A DNA stretch of 64,000 nucleotides, taken from the NCBI RefSeq assembly GCF_009914755.1, contig NC_060926.1, one strand, 5' to 3'. Both the position numbers and the translations under genes were made by a program. Numbering within the stretch: position 1 is the stretch's first letter; each line of letters opens with the position of its first letter. Shown one piece after another: positions 52,503 to 64,000 of the stretch. Source of the stretch: the human T2T-CHM13v2.0 reference genome, Homo sapiens. The notes beneath the pieces are model-generated. The model had not been told where the DNA came from and did no database searches. It worked only from the letters and a program-made list of their open reading frames with translations.

Positions 52503-52631
52503 AAAGAAAAAGGAAAAGGAAAGAAGGAAGAAAGGAAGGAAGGAGGGAGGGAGGGAGGGAGGGAGGAAGGAAGGAAGGAAGGAAGAAAGAAAGAAAGGAG
52601 GGAGGAAGGGAGGGAGGGAGGAAGGAAGGAG
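52503..52631. repeat. Polypurine (GGAA)n/(GGGA)n microsatellite
   Basis: Direct reading. Confidence 0.95.
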
Positions 52632-53532
52632 CGAGCTGAGCCTGCTCTAAGTCTATACTTTCCTCTAGATGAGGCTGCTGTGTGCTAAGTCAATAATGTA
52701 TGGGGAAGAGGGAGCAGTAGTCTTACCACATAAGTAAGGGGCCCCTTGGAAGAGACAAAGAGTTCTAGTTAGAACGCTACTGAATGAAATGCTCAGTTTA
52801 GCTTCCTAATATTGACATCAAAGACACAGAGGTGCTGGGCAATGCTGCCAGTCCAATGAATGTACTGCACTAGAGAGTTCCTAATGCAATAATCAGCACA
52901 CAGTAGATGTCCAATAAATGGTCTTTGATAAATAATAAATTAATAAAGTTATCTGATAAATAATAATTTGATAAATAATAAACTAATAAATCCTATCACC
53001 ACATACATGAAACCAACATAACCATCCAAATTCTATTCATTTTCCCCCAAAACTAATAAGGCTTTGATCAGGCAACCCTATTCCAAGAGTGTGTTTAAAC
53101 ATAAAAGTGATTCCCACCAAGGATGGTGAGCTCAGAAAAGATTATCTCGAATATCAGAGCAGCTGAACAAGTAACAATACAAGATATTTCCATCGTCTCC
53201 AGCAGCATACATTATCAAATATCTTCCAAATAAGCCAGTATCAATAAGCTGGTATCAAATGATTTCTTTTTTTTTTTTTAACATTGCTTTTGGATACGTA
53301 CAAAACTGCTTTCTCAAATGAGACTACTTTTAAAGGAAAAAAAATACAATCAAAACAACCAAAAATAAAAGGTATTTCAAACTTGATTCTCTATGCTTCC
53401 CTACCCCATGCATCTTTTACCTTTAGCAAGGGAATAATTTTTTAATACGTGTTTTTCAAACCCAATCTTAAAAACAACCTTCACCTATATGCCTCTCTCT
53501 TTCCCTCTCTCTCGTAAATAAAAAAAAAAGCA

Positions 53533-53559
53533 ACACACACACACACACACACACACACA
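53533..53559. repeat. (AC)n microsatellite
   Basis: Direct reading. Confidence 0.95.
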
Positions 53560-53591
53560 TCTGGTCTGACATTTTGTACAGCCAGCTTCAG

Positions 53592-53817
53592 CCCAATGTG
53601 ATTTAAAACAATGTGAGTTAAAAACCTCTTAAAATTTGGGTTTATAATGGAAACGCTGACAGACTCTTAATTATAGCAGCCCTGCCAGACACTGCTATAA
53701 TGAAATAGTTGTGCTTTCATTACTATAGAGGCACTATAGTTAAGGGTCTGTCAGTGTTTCTATTATAAACCCCAAGTTTAAGAGGTTTATAACTTGGGCT
53801 ATTTAAATGGCACTGGG
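53592..53817. repeat. Long imperfect inverted repeat (palindrome), probably an ancient non-autonomous DNA-transposon-derived element
   Basis: Left arm aaacctcttaaaatttgggtttataatggaaacgctgacagactcttaattatag vs reverse complement of right arm aaacctcttaaacttggggtttataatagaaacactgacagacccttaactatag; weaker outer extension. Confidence 0.85.
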
Positions 53818-53893
53818 TAGAATTCAAGTTATCAGTCCAGATGTGAACTTGTTTTATAAAAGGCAGAATAACTCAGCTGAGGAAGCTTTTGGA

Positions 53894-53989
53894 TCTCTCT
53901 CTCTCCTCTTTCTCTCTCTCTCTCTCTCTCTCTCCTGTTTCTCTCTCTCTCTATCTCTTCTGTTTCTCTCTCTCTCCCTCTCTCTCCTC
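53894..53989. repeat. Interrupted (CT)n microsatellite
   Basis: Direct reading. Confidence 0.93.
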
Positions 53990-54677
53990 CAGAACATTTC
54001 AGAATGTTTTTAGTAGTTTCAGATGGTCTTATTGCCAACTTCCAGCTATGACTTCACTGCCTGAAAGGAAATTTTATAGGCAGTTAGTCCTTTATTTGGA
54101 CAAGTACTCTTTGCGATTTTATAAGTTTTTATTATTTTATCCTGGAGTATGTATGTGTGGGTGTGTGTGTTCCTACATATATATAGGCGCACACACAGAA
54201 AGAAACAACTTAAAAATCAAGACTATATGCCAAGGAATGTTGCGACCTCATACATATACACAGAGGTATGCATTCTGTGCTACCTTCTGATGAAAAAGTA
54301 TGAACTTACCAGAAAGGAAAAATAAAGCACCTCAGATCATCTTAATCCTGTCTACCAACTGTGTGGTAAAAATAAGAGTTAGTATTCACATCTTATTTCA
54401 TAAAAGGTACAGCTTTCCTGGCATCACTTGGTTTGTTTGGAAGGCAATAGCATGGTGCAGTCATCCTGAGTTACCCAAGGACTGTACACAAACACCATGT
54501 ATTTCTCTGCTTGACTTTGACTGTTGACAGATTGATGAAGAATTTACTTTGTATAATCCGGTGGACCAGAGTTTTGAAATATGTACTATTAACCTGGTAT
54601 ACCACCACCATAATATGAAACTAATGTTTATGGGTGATGATGTGGCCGATGCTGAGTATATGCATGAGGAAAACAAG

Positions 54678-54775
54678 GATGGTGGTGGTAATGATGATGA
54701 TGGTGGCGATAGAGGTGGCGGTGGTGGTGATGATGATACTGGTGGTGATGGTGATGGAGAAGGTAGTGCTGATGG
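54678..54775. repeat. Degenerate (GGT/GAT)n trinucleotide repeat
   Basis: Direct reading. Confidence 0.88.
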
Positions 54776-54805
54776 GGTGGGGAGTGGCAGTTTCTCTAAT
54801 TAACA

Positions 54806-54824
54806 TGTCCACCAGAGGGCAGTA
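54806..54824 (+). promoter_or_regulatory. Strong CTCF core motif TGTCCACCAGAGGGCAGTA
   Basis: Matches the CCACCAGRGGGCRS consensus throughout the core. Confidence 0.7.
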
Positions 54825-56164
54825 GAAATAGGATGAAAGATGGGGTAAGGTTAGAAGCTCTAACACTTTGTTTCTCCAAATCTTGTTGCTTTAGAAAAGC
54901 CACTCCATAAACATCAGGTGGCGGACAAGTTAAAGTGAAGTTTTTAAATGCATGCAGCTCATGGCACCTCCACCAAAATGTGACCTTGGCTGGATGTTGT
55001 TGGCAGACCCTAAGGTCACTGACTTCACACAGAAAGGCCCACCAAGAGCTATGCAGCAACCACATCTGCATTCAGAAATCTTTTCACTTTCAGAAGAGCA
55101 GTTCCTTTCCTCTATTCCCTCTGACTGGGATCAGACCACCAAATTAGGCCACTGAGGACCACAGGCTTTGATCGTTCTCACTTCACAATAGCTTTAGTTG
55201 GTCTCCTCTGGAATTCAATGAGTGACAAAAGGGAAGCAGTCATCAAAACATGTCACCAGGCTCAAGTTCCTTCTCTACCAGTGTCTCATAAACCCCATAA
55301 TTGCCTAACCCCATAACCACTCCAGCTGAATGCCAGTCATTCCCAGAGAGCACTGCACAGCCCAGACTATTCTGGTCCCTTCTCTAGAAATTAAGACTTT
55401 TTTTGTGTGTGATAGTCAATAGTCTTTTTTGGTTTTTTCTTGTCAAATTCAGCAAAGGGAACTTTTCTAGGAGAAAATACCTATCCCTCTGTCATCTTTC
55501 TTTGGCAGCTTAGTAGAGAATAAACAAATCTCTCTATTCTCCCATTCCCAGTTGCACACAATTTGCCTGTTTTCTCTTTCTCTTAAAAAAAAAAAAATCC
55601 TTGCACAAGTTCAGTTATCTGAACCTCCAGATTCCTATAAAATGAAGAATCTGGTCCTAAGAATTGTTATTCTTTCCTTCTTTATGGAGCACTGCACTGT
55701 GCAAACATAAGATGTGGTCCCTGCTTTTGGATGATTGGTTTTGTTTTGTTTTGTTTTTTAAGGCGGTAAGACACACATACACAGGCACAAGCATGTCACA
55801 TAAAGTTCACCAGTCACACATGCCAAAGCCATACAAATGCACACTATTATCCTATTTTGTATAGCCCTAGCTTCATATTACTAATTTGAGCGGTTCTAAA
55901 CCTATAGCGAGGATCTATGTGAGGCAACACAGCTCTGGTCACTCTGACACCAGATTTGTACTTTCTGGAGAAAAACTTGATTTCCCATAAATGAGAATGG
56001 TAAATAATGAGGTCTGGTCATAGATATCTGTGATCATCTATCTCTATCACAGTTTTTATAATGTTTTCAAATGGCTTAACTAGTTACTTTTGAGAAATGA
56101 GCTTTCTGTGCTACCACTTGTTTTGTAGGCAATATTATGGACTATTCCTAGCATGTATTTGTGA

Positions 56165-56596
<432 letters not shown>

Positions 56597-59500
56597 TAAT
56601 AAGTACTCAATAATTGAAAATTATATTATTTTATTTCATTTTTTAAATAGTTAAGAAACATGGGCCATTTGCACTGCTATTTAACCTACATATTATAAAC
56701 TCCACACCCACTTCCATCAGGGGGAAACAATTACATGTCTCTCTGTGTATATTCCATATAATATCTGTGTATATATGTGTGTATAATATCTTTGTATATA
56801 TGTCATAAAAGCCACCACATCACCCAAGTCCTAAGTTGTTAGAGCTTATAGGGCACAGTCTCTGTCATTTTCATCTTTCTCTCCCTCAGCACAGAGTAGA
56901 ACCTTAGGAAAATGTCTGGTACATGAACAAAGACTTACAAAGTAAACCACTTAGATTCCCAGGAACTTCAAAATCCTATCTACCATAGACAAAATGTCCT
57001 TTTTATTGTTCTCAATTCTCAGATTTTGAAATGCAGCAAAATATTCAAACAGCCAAATTTCAAGAGCATCATAACAGAGTAACTCTGAGAGACTAATTCT
57101 GGAGGCTGATTCTCCAGACACTACGTTCTTTAAATATCAAGACCTGTCTAGCTGGTTTTCATTTGCAACAGGCAAAGCTCACAGAGCTTTATATGGGCAA
57201 CCCCCTTCCCATACACCCCCAAACAGTGATTTTTTCTGGCCTGGCTCAGGGAGCAAGGGAAATATCAGTATATGCTCTTGACATATGATGAGTAAAGAAG
57301 TATGACCTTCTCTTCTCAAAATATTGAATCTTGAACTCAGAGCTTAATTAGTGGATTTTTAAAATAAACTAAGCTTCTGACTACAAATATATTAGGGGAA
57401 AGCATATACATTATTTGAATATTAAGCACATAAGGGGGTTTTGCTAAAGATTATAGATCTTTTGCTTGTATTGATTTAAAGGTTCTAGAAAATTTTAAAT
57501 ATGCTCATTTTAAAACATGTTTTATAAGAAATCAACTCTCCTTCATGGGAACATGCAGCTTTCCATTTTTTTTCTTTTATTTTAGCATAAATAAATCAAA
57601 CAGAGGCAGCCTCCAACCAAAAAGGAACTCCTTTCTTTTAAAAAAAAATTATATGATTTTAGCTTTAGTAATGTCTTCAGAATTCCAAGATGGATCGTTT
57701 CTTTCCACTGATGTTCACATTTAAGGGGCTGGATCTCTTTAACTTAATGTGACCAAGAAAGAAATTTAAATACTGAGTCCATACTTGTGTTTTCAGCTAT
57801 TTTACCCTCAGTAAGATTGACATGATATCTGATTTGTAGTAACAACCAAAATTAATACATTTATGACAATGCTAAAAAGTTGCGCTTCAATACTTACAAT
57901 TTTTAAACATTTTAGAAGGAAGAAGATTGTCACTATGGATGCTAAAAGGGACAAAAAAGCCCCTGATTTCAGTTGGTATCTTTTATTAATTTTTTTAGGA
58001 ATGAGAGATTAACCAACAACCAGGAAACAAATATTAATCCTGAGGTACATTTTTTTCAACACAATACCAAATGCCTAAACATTGTATGTAAACTTGCACT
58101 GAAATAATAAGATGATGGCAGTAATTATTTCAGTGAAAATTTCCCCGGCCAGAGTAACAAGCAGAGAGATCACCTAATGTTACACTGAGAGGTAGAATAC
58201 AAGAACGCGTAGTGCTGTGGTGACTAATGGGTGATAAGAGAATCCTTCTGCTTGCTGTTTGGGCATTTATGTCTCCAGTATTATTGATAGCACATATTAT
58301 TTTTACTACATGGTGTCTTTATTATGTAAAACCTAATTTCAGGAAAAATTATTTTTATCCTCTTGATTTTGATAGGCATTTGCATAGAAAGGGTAAGATG
58401 CAGAGAAGGCCGTGTCTTGTGGAATTCCACTATCATGAAGGATGTGCTGATGATTGCTAATACCAGTTCTATAAGCACTGTGTACACCGGCCATTTAAAA
58501 GAAAAGGAAATTAAGTACAATAGACTTGTGATAAAATAAGAAAGAGGTTCTGGTGAAGATACAGGGAGGAAGCAGGATGACTCAGAATTAGAGCTTCAGT
58601 CTCATCCTCCCTGAATGTTCCTGTGTCCAAGTATCACCAACTAAAGAGTATATGAAATCTCTCACTAAACTGAAACCCCTGGTGAAACAGCACATTAACT
58701 GCACCTTGGTCTTGAGGTGGAGATAAGATTAGATTTTTCTGGGTGTAATTTCAATTATGATGCTGACTTTTGGTGGAGTGGTTTTCAAGAGAGCAAGCAG
58801 AGTAACAAAAATCTGGCATCCAGAACCAAACAGGCCTGAGTGTCTGGACCATGGACAGCTTCCACAAAGAGGATCGGTCAAGAAGGGCTGAAAGAAAAGG
58901 TATATCAAAGGTATCCTTGGAACTCAGAGCCAATAAAAATGAAACTATTCTCTTCTGAGACCTAATTAACTTTTATATCCAAAGGTACACTACACATTTG
59001 TTCTTTGCTTATGATGAGAACTAAAACAATATATGTGCCATGGAACTAGGGTTTTAAATGATCTATTGGGTGGCTTTTCCTCGCCTGTAAGGAATTTTCT
59101 GTTCTTTAGAGGTAGTCAGGCAATGAATAAGTAAGTCTATGCTGATTTTTTTTTCTCAAAACATTAAGTATTTTCCTATATCTATTTTCAAGGAATCAGG
59201 GACTTAGTCCTATAACTTCCAAAATATTCCTTTCGTATCCTAAAACAAAACAAAAACAAAAATATTCAGGAAACAAATTTCATGCTTCCTTGCAAGGATT
59301 AGTCTCCTATTAGTCACTGCTCCTATATGATCCTTTTTCATGTTTTAAAGGAGGATATATATTTTTCTGTTACCTTTCCTGACTGTAAAGCAATCACAGG
59401 AACCTGCAGGAGGCACTATAAATATGCAAATTTCTGAGAGATAACTGTTTTCAGTGGTTATGCCTCCAAGTAGTAAGGGAAACAGGAAAGCCGGAGCTTC

Positions 59501-62500
59501 CTCCTACTTTCAAGTAATTCGTATGTTGGTGGTGCCCCCTGCTGCAATCACAGGTTGTCCAAGAAAGGGAGAATAAAATTCAGAAGCATTTAGATCTGGT
59601 TAATATGTGAAATAAATGCCCACTTCCCCTGCTCCAGGAACAGCCATACCTGAGTTCAGAGTTCCTCCCGTCAGCCACAGTTCCACTTTAAACATTCCTC
59701 AACCTAAAATCTGGAAATTTGCTTTTATCTCAAACCCTTTAAAGATGCATGTTACATAGAGATAGGTTTAAAAAAAAAAAAACTCACCAAGATCCCAAAC
59801 ACCATTTTCAAAGAATGAAATGTTTTAAGAATTTCCTAGAGGTTACCTAATGATAATAAATTCTGAATTAGAAGAATTTCCTGCCACTTACTAGGACATT
59901 AGAACAGAAAGGGAAAAGTTAGTGTTAACAGCATGTACAGCTATTACACAGCTTTAAATGGCTTTATCTATTAAAGGAAAATTTTGTGAGTCATTAGCTT
60001 ATAGTGTAGACTGGACATTTTGATATTCAAAATAAAATGAAATAAAATAAATAAATGAAACAACCAAGTTAGGCACATTGAAATCTGATGGCCATAGCTC
60101 TATAGTCACTCTATTACAGATTTTCATATTAAGATGGGCAGGGCGGGGGGTAGCTGACAGAACAGAATAATATGATATAATTCAGACCTGTGATGGTCTA
60201 TTGAATACATAATATGCATTTTTAAATTGCCTGAATATATATTCACATGACAGAATCTAATGGGTTGAGGAGGAGTCCTTGCTCTGATCAAATCACAAAA
60301 ACTGTTAAAACTTGTCTATCACATCAAATCACATACACTTTTATTGAAATTGGGTGGGGTTTTTTTGTCTTCTTATTTAAATTCTAAAGTTGAAATAGAT
60401 AAAAGGAAATTAAACCTACCAAAAGAAACTCAGGTGTACATTAAAAACTCTAGATTCTGAGCCACCAAGGCAAGCCTTGATGAAAGACACTCAACTTTTT
60501 CTGTTAGACTCACCTCAATCTTCCCCAAGGCCCCACACTCCCTAATTTTGCTATTTTTTAACATCAGTTTTAGGAATATAAGCTCTCTCCTAATGTAAAC
60601 ATCTCACCGTGGCTACATACTGAAGTTTGAATTTCAACTTAGCTCTGTACTTCTTTTCCATATTCAGATCTTTACAGCTACAGCAAAGTGGAGGACTGAG
60701 GAAATTACCTATGTAATTTCAGCAATGAGCCTGCCTTTATCTGCACCATCCAGGAATCTTGTATCCTGTGTGTTGAGCTCTGACCTGAGGGCCCACAAGG
60801 AGAGAAAGGGAGAGAAACTGGTGGATGCTATTTACCAGGCAGAACTAATTAGAAATAGATCCCGATATTAATGGTACCAACCCTTTCCTCACCCAAAACT
60901 TAAACAAGCACCCATCACTCTATATGATCAGGAGAATTTTTAAACCCCTACTCCAGGTTTTACTGCCACAGAAGGTGAACTGTTAGAAAAAGAAAACCAG
61001 CATGCACAAAACAGCAGTTGGGAATGGAAGCTCCTCTTTCCCAGAACCCCTGCCATATACGCTCTGTCGCTCACCTTCTAGACACTCCGTACAACCATTC
61101 AATCTATTGAATCAAGAGACTGTTTGATCTTATCTGCATCTGTGAGCTGACTGTCAACCTGCTTAGGCTGCATATTAAATCATCTATAGTAGCTGTATCA
61201 AGCTGGGATGATCTGTTAATTCTAAATTTATTAACCCTTGGAGTGCAGTCATCATGTTTAATCTAGTGTAGCCCGCATTTATTTTACAAGACTAAATCCT
61301 TCTTTAAGATATGGCTGTGCTGTAGGTTAAAAACAGCTAATGTGGGTTTCATTATGATAATTGGGGGGAGAGAGACTGTCTGAAAAATGCTAGTGTGGCT
61401 ACCCTAACAGGCTATGGATGTCTGATCCCAGGCACTCTCCTAGGCTGAGGTTTGCCTGTGAAGTGAAATTTTCTCCAGAAACAGTTCAGTCTCTGAAAAC
61501 AATGCAAAAGGAAAAAGAGGAGGGGGAAGAAGAAAGGGAAGGAGTCCTCTAACAGATTTCCAATGGTCCAAAGCCAGAAAGACTGATTTCCAGCCAGTGT
61601 CAACCCCTAATGTAATGCCTAAGGAATAAATTTCCAAAGGCACACACCTGGGAAAAAAAAAAAAAAAAAAAAAAAAAAACCTCAACAAATTCCTCCAGTA
61701 AGTCAAACTTCTGAATCAATAAGGATCACCTATTGCTGGAATGAATGATTTTTCACCTCCCCTCCCCCAAAGAAGAACTCTAAGCAATTAGAATTATAGG
61801 TAGTCCTGCTAAAGGGGAGGGGGGGAATATTCGTTTAATATGTTAATCTGTCTTCAGATAAAAAAAAGATATCCATCTCTTCTACTTGCCCATTACTGAT
61901 GTTATCAACATATTCATAGCTTTTCTTTCAGACACAAACTGCTAGGCATGCTCCCTTTTTTGGTAACCACGTGCCTGATATCTCTCTAATGTAGCCTAAT
62001 AACAATTTTAGCATTCAGATGAAGCGATTTCATTCTGTGACTGCCTTTTCTATTAGATTTGATTTTGAGAAGCCCCAGTGGGTGCCTTCGAGGCAGAGAT
62101 CTATCTGTGAGGCTGCTACCGACTCAATAGCAGCCTGGGCTAACCTTGACCTTTCCTGAGACCCCGCTCCATCTGGTGCCAGCCTGCTTTCCACCACCCC
62201 CCCTCCTTTTTTGCTTCATAGTCAACATTGATCAAGGCAGAACGGAGCGCCTCGTCTCCTGGAAGGGCTGGGCAGACTCAGGAGAACAGCACATTTCAGT
62301 ATATGGAAATGATCAAGCCTCTTATGCAATCATAAATCTACATAGGAGTCTTGTGATTTGATATTTCATTCACCTCCAAAGATTTTTTTTCTCCCTCCCA
62401 ACAGGGATTTATAAGCTCTGTAAGAGCTCCCGGACAACGGCTTTCCCCAACACCTGGAAATTATCAAGCTTCCTGCTTGCTGAATGATGCTAACAGCTCT

Positions 62501-62546
62501 AATGCTGCAAATTCATTTTTAACAACTCACTGGCTTTTATCTAGGA

Positions 62547-62548
<2 letters not shown>

Positions 62549-62588
<40 letters not shown>
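62549..62588. repeat. (TG)20 microsatellite
   Basis: Direct reading. Confidence 0.95.
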
Positions 62589-62589
<1 letters not shown>

Positions 62590-63343
62590 ACATGTGCCTT
62601 TCTTTAATAAAAATCTACCAAAGCAACGGATAGTATCAAAGATACCAAAATCAAATCTGACTTGAATATCCTACATCTCCACACCCATCCTCATTATGCA
62701 TTTCTAGATAGATGGGTTTTTCCATCTCTGAATTCTGACCCCTTTTTTAACCATCAAGAGGGGAGAGATAAAGAGGGAGAGAGGAGAGTCAGAGAAAAGA
62801 GACACAGAGGAGAGAGAAACAGATGGAAACATGCCAAACAGAGAGAGGTAACGATGTAACACTTGAATGGAGCTTGAAATCAGCTTCTCTCCTCCCTAGG
62901 CCACATTCCTCCTTTCCCAAAGACCCACACGAACGTCTCCTTCTCCAGATCACCCACTAGAGTACACAGATGCCTCCTCTGCCCCACACTCTCTTTCTTT
63001 CCTCCTCTTCTCTCTGTATCAGGGGCTGGGTGGTAAAGAGGCTGACTGAGGGGGAGTCACGTGGGCAGCCCGTGGGCAGCGGCGGCAGCAGCTCAAAAGA
63101 AATTGACTGACTGGCCGCTTGGGCGCATTTCAATATATGGAAATGACCAGAGGCTTCTGCAATAAATCAGCACTCAACACTTTGTCATTTTTCTAGTTCT
63201 GCTTCATTTTCCTATTTTCCTCTTCTCCTCACAGAAGCCTCATTTCTTGCATTTTGCCTTGCCGCGTCTCTTCCCACTTCCAACCTACACCCTCTCCAAA
63301 TCTTGCCCCATCCTCTCCATCGCTCCCAACCACCGCGCGCCCC

Positions 63344-63351
<8 letters not shown>

Positions 63352-63389
<38 letters not shown>

Positions 63390-63400
63390 GCACACACACA
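63352..63400. repeat. Interrupted (CA)n microsatellite
   Basis: Direct reading. Confidence 0.95.
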
Positions 63401-64000
63401 CTTTCTGTTCTCTGGCTCCCCTGTAATTGGAAACATCCGGTCTACGACGATTTTTTCCTTTTCTTTCCCTTTCAAAAAATTTTCCGACAAAATCAGGCAG
63501 TATTTGCTGCCCTGCCTCGGATTATCTGAGACAAGAGGCGCCCAGGATGAGCTCATGTAATCCCCAGGATGGGAACCTCAAGCCCCTTATGATAAAGAAA
63601 AAAGAAAAAGACCAGGATACTCATTCCTTACCCCAGCCCCCACTCCACCCTCGAGGAGTTCCCTTAGCAAACTTAAAAGACTATCAGAAGCAACTTGTGC
63701 CATGCAGTGCCATGGAGAGCGCTGGATGGCTAGCCAGAAGAAAAGGGAAGGTTGTAGTGGAAATCTACGTGGGTTTGCAGGTTCCTGCTTTTCTTGTGTA
63801 GAGCCTCCGGTGCCCTCCACCTAACCCTGCCCCAATGCCTCGGGTCTTTTTTGAACTAATGCTGTGCGTCTCCGCAATCTGCAATTACTTTGGATATTTC
63901 TCAGGAGCTAAACGCAGCCTGAATTTCGTGGCGCGTGCAAAAAAAAAAAAAAAGGCGAAATTAACAAAACCCCACCACCGCGCTGTTGTTTTTTTCTGGA

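Noticed and set aside
52565-52584. (GGAA)5 as an EWS-FLI1 response element
   Set aside because: Only five consecutive units, far below lengths that typically act as strong neo-enhancers
54549-54866. Gly/Asp-, Thr/Ile- and Met/Val-rich ORFs
   Set aside because: Translations of the (GGT/GAT)n simple repeat

Overview
Vertebrate (primate, Alu-containing, almost certainly human) genomic DNA holding the 5' half of BCL11A on the minus strand. Coding exon 1 (47107-47053, MSRRKQGKPQHLSKREFS) and exon 2 (40138-39809, C2HC zinc finger ZnF0) have canonical GT-AG boundaries. A small alternative terminal exon at 35762-35719 completes a 142-aa protein matching the short XS isoform. A ~6 kb CpG island with the promoter spans ~43.2-49.6 kb. 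Positions 1-39808 are intron 2 and ~47.8-64 kb is upstream intergenic DNA. The erythroid +55/+58/+62 kb enhancers and exons 3 onward lie beyond the left edge. The remainder is Alu, MIR, L2 and L1 fragments, microsatellites and AT-rich enhancer-like blocks. Almost all ORFs in the supplied track are spurious. I found no evidence for a wholly new biological system. The best leads are cis-regulatory: a four-uAUG 5' leader whose overlapping uORF reads the GCC repeat as polyalanine, candidate alternative 5' exons, a dyad-symmetric core promoter element, a ~225-bp palindrome, a strong CTCF motif upstream, and an exact 24-bp dispersed repeat in intron 2. Repeat boundaries are by eye and approximate.
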